A stretch of 64,000 nt of DNA from Octopus sinensis (lineage: Eukaryota): the NCBI RefSeq assembly GCF_006345805.1, contig NC_043026.1, forward strand, positions 12,503,579 to 12,567,578, written 5' to 3'. Each line of letters starts with the position of its first letter. Position 1 is the first letter of the stretch. Position numbers and translations under genes: made by a program. Below the pieces are notes generated by a model. The model searched no databases, was not told the DNA's origin, and saw only the letters and a program-made list of their open reading frames with translations. This document shows, piece by piece, positions 10,921 through 22,853 of the stretch.

Positions 10921-11055
10921 CGTTCACTTCTGCCCCACTTGTGGGAGGGGCTTTCTTGCCCGGATTGGCCTCACCAGCCACCTCCGGTCTCATAGCAGCA
11001 ATTCCACCAAATGATGTCGATGGTCATCTTCGAACCTGAAGGACGAACATTATTA
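10921..11055 (+). mobile_element. RTE-clade (BovB-like) LINE 3' end fragment
   Basis: CPTCGRGFLARIGLTSHLRSH then stop and a GATGGTCATCTTCG..GAAGGACGAAC tail, typical of the RTE ORF C-terminus. Confidence 0.75.
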
Positions 11056-11107
11056 CAGAAATAATAAAAATTTTATGCAACTATAAAATAACATCAAAAT
11101 TATTTTA

Positions 11108-11250
11108 TTGGCGTTAGGAAGGGCATCCAGCCGTAGAAACACTGCCAGATCAGACTGGGCCTGATGCAGCCTTCGGGCTTCACAGACCCCAGTTGAACCG
11201 TCCAACCCATGCTAGCATGGAAAGTGGACGCTAAATGATGATGATGATGT
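11108..11250 (+). mobile_element. RTE-tail SINE (family D) 3' part
   Basis: TTGGCGTTAGGAAGGGCATCCAGC...CCATGCTAGCATGGAAAG..(GAT)n. Confidence 0.8.
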
Positions 11251-11574
11251 ATACATAAAATTTAAACATGCTTCCCAACCCCATGGTTCCAGGTTCAGTC
11301 CCACTGTGTGGTAGTACCATAGGCAGGTGTCTTCTGCTATAGTCCCAGGCCAACCATAGCCACGTGAGTGGATTTGGGAGACAGGAACTGGAAGAAACCC
11401 ATCATATAAATGTATATACCTGCGTGTGTCTTTGTGTTTGTCCCCCAACCATTGTTGGTTTTTTTTTTCTGTCCCCACAACTTAGCAAGAGTCTTTTTAT
11501 CACAGACTCAGGCCAAAGATTTGGAATGGACTACATAGACAAAAACTGAAAGACGCCCATCATATATATATATA

Positions 11575-11802
11575 TATTTCTTTACTACCCACAAGGGGTA
11601 GGACACAGAGGGGACAAACAAGGACAGACAAAGCCATTAAGTCGATGCCATCGACCCCAGTGCGTAACTGGTACTTAATTTATCGACCCCGAAAGGATGA
11701 AAGGCAAAGTCAACCTCGGCGGAATTTGAACTCAGAACGTAACGGCAGACGAAATACGGCTACGCATTTCACCCGGCGTGCTACCGTTTCTGCCAGCTCG
11801 CC
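11575..11802 (-). mobile_element. SINE family A (joined to SINE-B pieces 11270-11570 and 11803-11940)
   Basis: Reverse complement of the SINE-A consensus. Confidence 0.85.
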
Positions 11803-12495
11803 ATATGGTTCCAGGTTCAGTCCCACTACGTGGCACCTTGGGCAAGTGTCTTCTACTATAGCCTCGGGCCGACCAAAGCCTTATGAGTGGTTTTGGTAGA
11901 CGGAAACTGAAAGAAACCCGTCGTATATATATATATATATATAGTTAATCCAAACAAGAAAGCACAAAAAAAACACAACGCGTGGAACAAATATAGTATT
12001 ATTGGACGCTCAGGAAAGAAGGAAAGGAGGGTTTAACATTTCGAGCGGAGCTCTTCGTCGGAAACATAGAAGGAAAGATCCAGAGAAGGGAGAGATTGTA
12101 TTTTCCTCAGCTTAATATAGGTTCTGTCAATTTTTATAAACAACTAGCTTAAAGGCCACACCCTGTGCAGACTTTTAAGCTAAATCACACAGAGGACTAA
12201 TTGTGCCTGCAATGATAATAAAGTATTTGTTACCCTACCAATGTGGTATTACGTTAAATTCAGTTCAAATGAAAAACTTGTAGATTCACAAATTTTTTTT
12301 AGTTTTTTTAAAATTTGAATTTCCAACTGTTCACATATAACAAATCTTTGTCCAGACCTGATCTAAATGCTGGATGTTCAAGAACCAAATGAAGGACAGA
12401 TTTGCAATCTTGGTATCATCGTGATTCCAAAAAGGTATAATATGTCTATGTAGCCCAAAGGTAGGCTGAGTTACAGGGGTCCCAGACAGACAGAC

Positions 12496-12976
12496 GGACG
12501 TTAAACGATGATGATGATGATGAGGCCAGATCAAGATTGAAGCCTGGTGCAGCCATCTGGTTTGCCAGCCCTCAGTCATACGTCCAACCCATGCTAGCAT
12601 GGAAAGCGGATGTTAAACGATGATGATGATGATGAAGCCAGATCAAGATTGAAGCCTGGTGCAGCCATCTGGTTCGCAAGCCCTCAGTCATACGTCCAAC
12701 CCATGCTAGCATGGAAAGCGGATGTTAAACAATGATGATGATGATGAGGCCAGATCAAGATTGAAGCCTGGTGCAGCCATCTGGTTCATTAGTCCTCAGT
12801 CAAATCGTCCAACCCATGCAAGCATGGAAAGCGGACGTTAAACGACGATGATGATGATGAGGCCAGATCAAGATTGAAGCCTGGTGCAGCCATCTGGTTC
12901 ACCAGCCCTCAGTCAAATCATCCAACCCATGCTAGCATGGAAAGCGGACGTTAAACGATGATGATGATGATGATGA
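12496..12976 (+). repeat. Tandem array of SINE-D 3' ends (4 x about 113 bp plus a partial unit)
   Basis: Units start at 12524, 12636, 12748 and 12861 with (G/A)GCCAGATCAAGATTGAAGCC and end in (GAT)n. Confidence 0.9.
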
Positions 12977-13219
12977 TATTTTGTGTGAATACATTTATAG
13001 AGTTATACACTTTTTCTCACATGAAGATCTATGTCAAACTGTGTGTATCCTTGGATGTGTCAGGATAGGCAAATGACCATAAAACAGGGCCACGAAAAAG
13101 GAACCATGATGAGTACTGTTACCGACAAGAGTAAAGTCCCAAATGCTAAATGCCACGTTTGCAGAGAAAATGGTTTTCAAGGGTGAGTTGTTATGTAATG
13201 AATTTTGACATTGATGCAG

Positions 13220-14449
13220 TTATTCTTCTGTATGGATACGTACATGTGTAGCTAAGTTCCGCTTCTGAGAAAAGGATTTATCACAGATATCACAGTGATA
13301 TGGTTTTTCTCCCGTGTGAATGTATTTGTGTATGGTCAGGTTGCTACTCTGAGAGAAAGACTTACTACAGATATCACAACTGTATGGTTTGTCTCCTATA
13401 TGAATACGCTTGTGTTTGGTCAACGCTCCATTTTCAGAGAAAGATTTATCGCAAACCTCACACTGATACGGTTTGTCCCCTGTATGGATACGCTTGTGTT
13501 TGGTTAAGTCACTACTACGAGAGAAGGATTTATCGCAGATATCACAACTGTATGGCTTTTCTCCGATATGAATACGCTTGTGTTTAGTTAAAGCTCCATT
13601 TTCAGAGAAAGATTTATCACAGATATCACAGTGATACGGCCTTTCTCCTGTATGAATACGTATGTGTCTGCTTAGGTTACTACTTCCGGAGAATGATTTA
13701 TCACAGATGTTACAGTGATATGGTTTTTCCCCTGTATGAATACGTTTATGTGTACTTAGATCGCTACACTGAGAAAAAAATTTACCACAGACATCACAAT
13801 GATATGGCTTCTCCCCCGTATGAATACGCTTATGTTTAGTCAGGTTACTACTTCCAGAGAATAATTTACCACAGACAGCACAGCGAAATGGCTTTTCGCC
13901 TGTATGGACGCGTTTATGAATAGTCACTTCGTCATTTCGGGAAAATGACTTACCGCAAATATCACAATGATATGGCTTCTGTCCTGTATGAATATATTTA
14001 TGCTTAGTTAGGCTGTTCACTTGAGCAAAAGATTTACCACACATATCACAGTGATATGGCTTCTCTCCCGTATGACTGAATTTGTGAGTGGCCAGCTTCC
14101 CACTCTGAGTGAAAGATTTCCCACAGACATCACAACAGTATGGTCTCTCTCCTGTATGAATACGCTTATGCGTGGTTAGGTTGCCTTTCTGAGAGTATGA
14201 TTTACCGCAAATATCACAGTGATATGGCTTCTCTCCTGTATGAACGTGTTTGTGCTTGCTTAAGTCACTACTGCCCGAGAACGACTTACTGCAGACGTCA
14301 CAGTGATACGGTCTCTCACCTGTATGAATACGTCGATGTTTAACAAGGTTCCCTTTTTGAGAAAATGTCTTATTACATATATCGCACTGGTTGGATGATT
14401 TTTCAATCTCTTTTAACATATCTTCACATAAAATCAGTCCTGCCTCCAT
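13220..14449 (-). CDS. C2H2 zinc-finger protein, 14 fingers
   Basis: ORF track 13220-14545 starts at TTG; first ATG is 14449, and the family-conserved ATG ([10 protein letters not shown]) is 14419; 14 CX2CX12HX3H motifs. Confidence 0.95.
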   Translation of the reverse strand: MEAGLILCEDMLKEIEKSSNQCDICNKTFSQKGNLVKHRRIHTGERPYHCDVCSKSFSGSSDLSKHKHVHTGEKPYHCDICGKSYSQKGNLTTHKRIHTGERPYCCDVCGKSFTQSGKLATHKFSHTGEKPYHCDMCGKSFAQVNSLTKHKYIHTGQKPYHCDICGKSFSRNDEVTIHKRVHTGEKPFRCAVCGKLFSGSSNLTKHKRIHTGEKPYHCDVCGKFFSQCSDLSTHKRIHTGEKPYHCNICDKSFSGSSNLSRHIRIHTGERPYHCDICDKSFSENGALTKHKRIHIGEKPYSCDICDKSFSRSSDLTKHKRIHTGDKPYQCEVCDKSFSENGALTKHKRIHIGDKPYSCDICSKSFSQSSNLTIHKYIHTGEKPYHCDICDKSFSQKRNLATHVRIHTEE

Positions 14450-14644
14450 TTTTTTTACCTCTTTGTGTCGTTTACTCAATAGAAACAATTCTCTTGCTAT
14501 ATTCCCATCGACTTTGCTTGTGGTCAATATTTGAAGACGATGCAAAAACCTTTATAAATTTCCTGAATTTAATCAATATGCAAAAAACCTTCTTGGATAC
14601 ATCCCAGGCACTGAAGTCAAGAAGTGTTAATATTTATCTTAGTT

Positions 14645-14864
14645 GGCAGAAACGTTAGCACGCCGGGCGAAATGCTTTGTGGTATTTCGTCTGTCGTTAC
14701 GTTGTGAGTTGAAATTCCGCCGAAGTCGACTTTGCCTTTCATCCTTCCGGGGTCGATAAATAAAGTACCAGTTTCGCACTGGGGTCGATGTAATCGGCTT
14801 AATCCGTTTGTCTGTCCTTGTTTGTCCCCTCTATGTTTAGCCCCTTGTGGGTAATAGAGAAATA
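14645..14864 (+). mobile_element. SINE family A in the leader of the 13.2-kb gene
   Basis: 16-bp TSD AATATTTATCTTAGTT at 14629-14644 and 14865-14880; empty site in the paralog at 62282-62297. Confidence 0.95.
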
Positions 14865-15017
14865 AATATTTATCTTAGTTTAGAGGAAATATTAAATATT
14901 AGGATTATATCTATCTTCTATATTTCATATGACATCTTCCTTTGGTTTTTAAAACATGATGAATATTGACAATGCATCTGACATAAATGGTTCTTTATAC
15001 CAATTTCACCTGGAAAT

Positions 15018-15055
15018 CTGAAAGAATAAAGAAACAATATAAGATATAGAGGATA
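15018..15055 (-). promoter_or_regulatory. Putative 3' splice acceptor (coding exon begins at 15017)
   Basis: Reverse complement CCTCTATATCTTATATTGTTTCTTTATTCTTTCAG; same context at 62458-62490. Confidence 0.7.
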
Positions 15056-15109
15056 ATACATTTTAATACTGATAAACCTGTGAATGAACAATTAAATTTC
15101 ATTATTAAT

Positions 15110-15200
15110 CTCTCTATATATAAAGCTGAAGTTGTCTGTGTATGGCAGGTTTGGTAGCCTTTAATTAACACTATCTCCTCCGTGACCCTGCAGAGCAAGT
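15110..15200 (+). mobile_element. Helitron-like family H1, 5' fragment
   Basis: A|TCTCTCTATATATAAAGCTGAAGTTGTCTGTG head as in the full copy 48437-48828. Confidence 0.7.
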
Positions 15201-15769
15201 TTCACTAAAAATTACCCATTTTTCTGAAAGTTATGTATAAAGAAAGCCGTCTTGCGTACATTTTCCGAAACTTTCCACGCCACCCTCGGAAACATTTTTC
15301 ACAACAAATTCTGATTTAGTGAGAATCTACATCATCTGAAGCATATGTATCGAAAATTTTATTTAAAAATATCCATTTTTCTGGAAATTATGGGGAAACA
15401 AAGTCGGTGGGGGGTACACATCTGTAGGAATGCCCACTGTAAAATGTTTGGTGTTACGAAGGGGATCCAGCCCCGGAAATCATGTCACAGGAATCATTGT
15501 AGCATAATGCAGTCCTTAGACCTGTTATATCTCGCTGAACCATCCAGCTTATGCCAGCATGGAGCACATGTTAAATGATAATGATGAGGAGGATTAGCCC
15601 TGGACAACCTTGACTGATTAGATCTATCAATTTGGCATGAATCAAGTCTAACCTGGCAATAGGCAACATGACCGTCCCAGTCTTCCTTATGGCAGTTTAT
15701 ATCTAGGACTACATTATCCTACGTTGCCCTCAATTTTCGAAACACAAAGGCACGTAACAAACACCATTC

Positions 15770-15992
15770 GATCGTGGCCGTTCGCCTCGTCTGGCACCTG
15801 TGTCGGTGGCACATAAAAACCACCCACTACACTCACGGAGTGGTTGGCGTTAGGAAGGGCATCCAGCTGTAGAAACACTGCCAGATCAGACTGGGCCTGG
15901 TGCAGCCTTCTGACTTCCCAGACCCCAGTTGAACCGTCCAACCCATGCTAGCATGGAAAGCGGACGTTAAACGATGATGATGATGATGATGA
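15770..15992 (+). mobile_element. SINE family D
   Basis: GGAAGGGCATCCAGCTG core and (GAT)n tail. Confidence 0.85.
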
Positions 15993-16337
15993 AAGATATA
16001 ATTAGAGTGAAACTTGGCTACTATTTCTAGCACGACGACTGACCACTTAAGGTCTCCCTATGAGAGTCGTTGCTGTTTAGGCCCAGGTCAGGCCTAAGTG
16101 AGCCGACCAATGATCAAAAGCAGATTGTTTACGGTGATGTTAGTAATTTTGCAGTAGATCAAACGAAAACAAGCATATTGACGTAGAAAAAATAGCAGAA
16201 TTCTGGTTTAAACACTCCCAGGTAACCCCCGCCGGATAGACAACTGTAAGAAGAAGACAAACACTTGTTATAGATCAGGTTCAGAAAATTATGACTGATG
16301 AATTTATTGTCTGTGGTTTGTATTCAGTATTTACTCG

Positions 16338-16745
16338 AGGCGGCAAGCTGGAAGAATCGTTAGCACGTCAGGCGAAATGCCGAGCGGTCTTTCGTCTGCC
16401 GTTACGTTCTGAGTTCAAATTCCGCCGAGGTCGACTTTGCCTTTCATCCTTTCGGGGTGGATAAATTAAGTACCAGTTAAGCACTGGGTTCGATTACATC
16501 AACTCAATACCTATGTCTGTCCATGTTTGTCCCCTCTGTGTTTAGCCCCTTGTGGGCAATAAAGAAATAGGTATTTCGTCTGCCGTTACGTTCTGAATTC
16601 AAATTCCACCGAGGTCGACTTTCCCTTTCATCCTTTCGGGGTCGATAAATTAAGTACCAGTAATGCACTGGGGTCGATATAATCTACTTAATCCGCCTGT
16701 TTGTCCCCTCTGTGTTTAGCACCTTGTGGGTAGTAAAGAAATAGG
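16338..16745 (+). mobile_element. SINE-A head plus two tandem bodies
   Basis: Second body restarts at GTATTTCGTCTGCC at about 16571. Confidence 0.88.
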
Positions 16746-16829
16746 TGTTTACTGAGATAAAAAAAAACAACAAAAACAAACAATATTGGTCTTTGACTAA
16801 TATTGTTTTCTCAAAGTATATATATTTCT

Positions 16830-17254
16830 GGCGATCTTTCGTCTCTAGTAGACCTTTCCGTCGATTTCCGTAAAAAAATTTATTTTTTTTACATATGGGC
16901 TTGCGGGAACTTTTGAAGTAATGAGAGCGAAAGAGACTAAGAGAAAGCGATTGTATGACGAGGGAAGTTCTTTTGAAGTTACCGTGCATGTGAAGCCATT
17001 GATGTACATGTGTGTGTGTGTGTGTTTGATGGGGTGTGGGAGACAGACAGTATGTTGTGTAAGTGAAGTGCTTCTGTTAGTGTGTGTGAAGAGACAGAGT
17101 AATGTGTGAAAGAAAGAGATAACTGAAATTTTTTACTCGGTGTATGTGTATATGTATGTATATTACTTCAAAAGTTCCCGCAAGCCCATGTGTAAAAAAA
17201 AAAATTTTTTTTACGGAAATCGACGGAAAGGTCTACTAGAGACGAAAGATCGCC
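16830..17254. mobile_element. MITE family M2
   Basis: GGCGATC...GATCGCC TIRs; ATATA(A)TTTCT flanks. Confidence 0.87.
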
Positions 17255-17508
17255 ATATAATTTCTTAATAATTGTTAAATGATTCTCTCAATAAATATAT
17301 CAAAACTAACATACATAGTATTTGTATTTTTCATAAAGATGGTGTCTGAACTATTTAGTACTGAAGCAATCCTATTTCCCCAATTTTCCATCAGTACTCA
17401 CATCTAAATCCATTCATCTTCCTTCTACAGTGAAGCCTGTATATCCAATTCTAGTTACATTAGACAAGGAATCAATTACGGTATCACTTCCACCCTGCAG
17501 AATAAAGG

Positions 17509-17720
17509 ACTTACTTGTATTTCTCCATAAATTTCTTTAAATTTCTACTTCCTTATTTCTTCCAACCTTTGTCTTGAGTAAATAATAATCTCTGCGTGGA
17601 ACTAAAAAATTTGACAAGTGAAATGTAAAAACTGACCCGGAAGTGGGAAAAAGGCGAAACGTACTAAAACATTCGGAGTTTGCCACCGAACCGAGTATCA
17701 TTATTTGCATAATCCCTCGT
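17509..17720 (-). promoter_or_regulatory. Putative first exon and donor (GTAAGT, G at 17514) of the 13.2-kb gene
   Basis: Homologous to 5658-5800; CCGGAAGT at 17637-17644; ATTTGCAT at about 17703. Confidence 0.55.
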
Positions 17721-18033
17721 ATGAACACGTATTTAAAATAAGAATTGCTTAAAATAAGAATTTACTCTTCGAACTCATCTATAGGCAGACAGATAACTCA
17801 TTCTTCTTCTTTAGAAATCTCTGCAATATCATAACTAGGGCAGGTGTTCCTACAATCCTACATTCTGACAGAAATTGCAGACATATAAATGTACAGAATC
17901 GCAACAATTGTGTATTTTAAATAAAATTTTCAGTTTTCCTGTACATTTAACACTGTGTTTATTTTACATATGAAGTAACACTTTTCGAAATAATATATAT
18001 ATATAATTAACCTAGCGTCATATCAAGAAGTAG

Positions 18034-18188
18034 GTACATTTCGGCTGCTTTCGTGTTTCCGAGTTGGTTTTTGTAAATTTCTGTTGTCAAAAATCCTAAT
18101 TCCGGTTGAATCGCTCTATTAAGAAGTAGAATTTCTTAATGACATTATTTTAATATAAACACTGATTTATGTACTACAACAGGTGAGA
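18034..18188 (+). promoter_or_regulatory. Putative first exon and donor (CAG|GTGAGA at 18183) of the 23.5-kb gene
   Basis: Loosely homologous, in inverted orientation, to 17600-17665; strong donor. Confidence 0.45.
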
Positions 18189-18317
18189 CAGAGCCTTTCA
18201 TCTTTTACTTGTTTCTGGCATTGGACTGCGGCCATGCTGGGGCACCTCCATGAAGGGTTTCGTCAAGAAGTTCTCAACCATTTTTTTTTTTTATCTATGG
18301 ATAAAATTTCTATTTTC

Positions 18318-18895
18318 TAGCACACCGGGCGAAATGCGTAGCCGTATTTCGTCTGTCGATACGTTCCGAGCTCAAATTCCGCCGAGGTCGACTTTGCCTT
18401 TCATCCATTCGGGGTCGATAAATTAAGTACCAGTTACGCACTGGGGTCGATGTAATTGACTTAATCCCTTCGTCTGTCCTTGTTTGTCCCCTCTGTGTTT
18501 AGCCCCTTGTGGGTAGTAAAGAATTAGGTATTTCGTCTGCCGCTACGTTCTGAGTTCAAATTCCGCCGAGGTCGACTTTGCCTTTCATCCTTTCGGGGTC
18601 GATAAATTAAGTACCAGTTACGCACTGGGGTTCGATATAATCGACTTAATCCCTTCGTCTGACCTTGTTTGTCCCCTCTGTGTTTAGCCCCTTGTGGGTA
18701 GTAAAGAAATAAGTATTTCATCTGCCGTTACGTTCGGAGTTCAAATTCCGCCGAGGTCGACTTTGCCTTTCATCCTTTCGGGGTCGATAAATTAAGTACC
18801 AGTTACGCACTGGGGTCGATGTAATCGACTTAATCCCTTCGTCTGTCCTTGTTTGTCCCCTCTGTGTTTAGCCCCTTGTGGGTAATAAAGAAATA
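18318..18895 (+). mobile_element. SINE-A partial head plus three tandem bodies (about 184-bp period)
   Basis: Bodies start at about 18343, 18528 and 18713. Confidence 0.9.
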
Positions 18896-19189
18896 TACTT
18901 TGTTTTAGTGGATCCCCCCCCATCATAGCCATTTGATGTTAAAAGATACTTCTTTCAAAATTCCTATTTTGTTTATCACGCGCACCGGGACCACTCTTCT
19001 TAAATAGTACCCACTTCTATATAGTTTGTGTGTATACACTTCTATGTACTTTATTTGTGAAAATTTTGCTAGTGTTTACTGTTGTTCCAGCCACGAGTAT
19101 GCTATAAATACATTGTTAAATATATTTGCAATTATAGATATTTTAGTATAATGTGGAAAGAGTTTGATAATACGAAAATATTTTCATAT

Positions 19190-19199
19190 ACGTGTGTGT

Positions 19200-19258
<59 letters not shown>

Positions 19259-19456
19259 GTATGTATATATATATATAATATATATATGTGTGTATATGTC
19301 TGTATGTATATATATATATATGTGTGTGTGTATGTATGTATATATATATATATGTGTGTGTATATGTATATATATATATGTGTGTGTGTATATATATGTA
19401 TATATATATATGCATATGTATGTGTGTGTGTATATATATATATATATGTATGTATA

Positions 19457-19504
<48 letters not shown>

Positions 19505-19583
19505 ATATATGTATTTATGTATATGCATGTATTTATGTATATGTATATATTTATGTATGTATATATATGTATGTATATGTTTA

Positions 19584-19625
<42 letters not shown>

Positions 19626-19648
19626 ATATGTATGTATATATATATGTA
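19190..19648. repeat. Compound (TA)/(TG) microsatellite
   Basis: Direct inspection; source of the spurious YI/CV-rich ORFs. Confidence 0.97.
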
Positions 19649-20017
19649 CTAGCAGTATCACCCGGCATTGCTCGGGTGTGTTTTCTTTTCAACCCTTTAG
19701 AATTGGAATTTTTGAAAAGCAAAAAATTTGCATTACGTAGCTTGTTATTTTCTTTAAGTGAACATTTTTCTGGTTGAAATACACTGAAAAATGCCAATAC
19801 AGCAGTAAAAAAATCGTAAAAAAATCGGGATTTTCATAGAAGAAAAGCACCTTTTTGATGTAAGTAATTTTTGGTGTTAACATGGTCTGATTTGAATTTT
19901 TTCTTCGACAGAAGGAAGAGCAAGCCTTCTTCTATCATACTCTCAATTTTGGTCAACTTGCACTGCAGGGTCTCGGAGGAGATAGTGTTAGTTGAAGGCT
20001 ACCAAACCTGCCATACA
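19649..20017 (-). mobile_element. Helitron-like family H1, 5'-truncated
   Basis: CTAG terminus with a sub-terminal GC hairpin; body is the reverse complement of 48470-48828. Confidence 0.8.
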
Positions 20018-20440
20018 GTTTGTAGGTTGTACAATCGCTAGACAACAGTCATTTACGACGCCCGATCAATTTGGAGGTCACTGTGGGGAGCATGAAAGCC
20101 ACAGCTGCGTATCTGAATAAAGGCATCCATGAACACTATACAACTTAGAATGGTCCTTGCAGACATTTCACATGAGTGATGGTCAGTGATGGTCTTCTTT
20201 GCTCAAGAGTTGATAGCCATCATCATCATCACCATATATACATTAATACATATATACATACATGGAGATTTCATGTTTACATATATACATAACTATAGAC
20301 AATCATACATACACAAATAAATCCAAACATAAGTATATACACACTCACACACATAAACAACTACAGACTTAAATACAAATAGAACTGTATACATACAAAC
20401 ACATACACTTAATTATCTGCATATATGTACATATACATAG

Positions 20441-20790
20441 TGGAGGCACAATGGCCCAGTGGTTAGGGCAGCGGAATCGTGGTCGGAGGATCGCGGTTTC
20501 GATTCCCAGACCGGGCGTTGTGAGTGTTTATTGAGCGAAAACACCTAAAGCTCCACGAGGCTCCGGCAGGTGGTGAACCCTGCTGTACTCTTTCACCACA
20601 ACTTTCTCTCACTCTTTCTTCCTGTTTCTGTTGTACCTGTATTTCAAAGGGCCAGCCTTGTCACAATCTGAGTCACGCTGAATCTCCTCGAGAACTACGT
20701 TAAGGGTGCACATGTCTGTGGAGTGCTCAGCCACTTGCACATTAATATCACGAGCAAGCTGTTCCATTGATCGTTGCAACCGACAGAGTG
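20441..20790 (+). mobile_element. tRNA-derived SINE family C
   Basis: GGAGGCACAATGGCCCAGTGGTTAGGGCAGCGG head, GGTTTCGATTCCC B box. Confidence 0.88.
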
Positions 20791-21089
20791 CTCCTATATA
20801 CATATACATAGCTATTTGCGTACCACCTATTTGTTGCACGATGAAAGATTCATTTAAAGGCTGACTCACTATTTCTTTTCTTTCACAATTCTAAAGAAAC
20901 TAAAAAAATATGTCAATCTTTTCTCATTACGTCTCTGCATCACTGAACTTGTAACTCTAAGGAAACTTGTCTTTATTCTAATCTTAGGTCACCCTTTTGT
21001 GTCAATTTAGTAAAACATGTAAAACCGAAATACATATACGCCCGCACTTATCCACCAATCTGTCTATACATACATGCAAAGTCGAAATC

Positions 21090-21540
21090 GAACCTCATCC
21101 GACGACAGGCACCCATGCCAACCCCCCTTCTCTGCTTGCGAAGACCTGTTGGGGCAAGTGAAATCGAAATCGGAATCAAAATTGAACCAATCCTATGACT
21201 GGCACCCTGGACTGGTGGTACATAAAAAGCGCTATCCGAATCGTGGCCGATGCCAGTGCCGCCTCGATTGGCTTCCGTGCCGGTGGCACGTAAAGTACAC
21301 CAATCCGACCGTGGCCGTTGCCAGCCTTGCCTGGCACCTATGCAAGTGGCACGTAAAAAGCACCCACTACACTCACAGAGTGGTTGGCGTTAGGAAGGGC
21401 ATCCAGCTGTAGAAACACTGCCAGATCAGACTGGAGCCTGGTGCAGCCTTCTGGCTTCCCAGGTCCCCGGTCGAACCGTCCAACCCATGCTAGCATGGAG
21501 AATGGATGTTAAACGATGATGATGATGATGATGATGATTG
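21090..21540 (+). mobile_element. SINE family D
   Basis: GTGGCACGTAAAA subrepeats, GGAAGGGCATCC core, (GAT)n tail. Confidence 0.8.
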
Positions 21541-21870
21541 CTCGATAAATTTGCTCGTAGATTTTTTACCAGCATCTTCTCTGTCGGCGGGTATGATTTG
21601 CGTCTGCACACTGGTCTGAAAAGTTAGGGTATACAGATCGTTAGATTTGCATGTGCTTCTAATGGTTTGTACGTCTCGGATTACAAAAGCTTCTTGCTGA
21701 TGATTCTGGCCTAGGCAGATAAATTCTATTCATTTGCTAAAAAAAAGATGAAACCGGTGTACAAGATTAGCTGAGTTGGTAAACGTTTTTGATTTTCATT
21801 CCATTTCATAAATTTATCCCCTTTTTGTGTATCTAGCCCTCGCTTCTTTATTTGGAAGCCTTTTAATGTA

Positions 21871-21910
<40 letters not shown>

Positions 21911-21918
21911 GATAAAGG

Positions 21919-22315
21919 AAGGCGGTGAGCTGCCAGAATTGTTAGCACGCCAGGCGAAATGCTTAGCGGTATTTCGTCTTCCGCTACATTGTGAGTTCAA
22001 ATTCCGCCGAGGTCGACTTTGCCTTTCATCCTTTCGGGGTCGATTAAATAAGTACTAGTTACGCACTGGGGTCGATGTAATCGACTTAATCCTTTTGTCT
22101 GTCCTCTCTGCGTTTAGCCCCTTGTGGGTAGTAAAGAAGGTCTGTTGTTACGTTCTGAGTCCAAATTCCGCCGAGGTCGACTTTGCCTTTCATCTTTTTG
22201 TGGTCGATATAAATAAAGTACCAGTTTTGCACTGGGGTTGATGTAATCGACTTAATCCCTTTATCTGTCCTTGTTTGTCCACTCTATGTTTAGCCCCTTG
22301 TGGGTAGTAAAGAAA
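21919..22315 (+). mobile_element. SINE-A head plus two bodies
   Basis: Second body from about 22141. Confidence 0.85.
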
Positions 22316-22329
22316 CATATGTATATATA

Positions 22330-22700
22330 TATCATCATCATCATCATCATCGTTTAGCGTCCGTTTTCCATGCTAGCATGGGTTGGACGGTTCTACTGGG
22401 GTCTGTGAATCCAGAAGGTTTCCTCAGGCCCAGACAAATCTGGCAGTGTTTCTACGGCTGGATGCCCTTCCTAACGCCAACCACTCCGTGAGTGTAGTGG
22501 GTGCTTTTTACGTGCCACCCGCACAGGTGCCAGACAGCTGGCAAACGGCCACGAACGGATGGTGCTTTTTATGTGCCACTGGCACGAGGCCAGTCGGGGC
22601 GGCGCTGGCAACGGTCGCGAAACGGAAGGTTCTCTTACATGCCACCGGCACTGGTAACACATCTGCAATTTCCATTGATCGATTTCGATTCTGATCCTTT
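22330..22700 (-). mobile_element. SINE family D
   Basis: (CAT)n CGTTTAGCGTCC...GGATGCCCTTCCTAACGCCAACC. Confidence 0.85.
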
Positions 22701-22853
22701 TTGTGATCCATATATATATATATATGGTATAGGCTTTGTACTATGTTTCGTGATGCAATTTTTTGCAAAGTAAAATCAGTTGTTGCGGTAAATGTTTACT
22801 TCTAGAATTTATCTCTGTAGAAATGGAGTAACGCTTCCATTGTTGCATCTCTG

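Noticed and set aside
10814-11014. Single C2H2-like motif CPTCGRGF...HLRSH as an extra ZNF gene
   Set aside because: Matches the C-terminal motif and 3' tail of RTE-clade LINEs; no TGEKP linker or array.
13295-14343. Antisense and alternative-frame ORFs over the ZNF exons (also 23925-25442, 40982-41527, 54160, 61018)
   Set aside because: By-products of the 84-bp finger periodicity; short and without independent signals.
14450-14545. ORF-track N-terminal extensions (14545 TTG, 23534 TTG, 33656 TTG, 62029 GTG)
   Set aside because: Non-ATG starts from the ORF caller; the family-conserved ATG lies downstream.
19132-19777. Long YI/CV-rich ORFs (also 32881-33275)
   Set aside because: Stop-free frames of (TA)/(TG) microsatellites, not genes.
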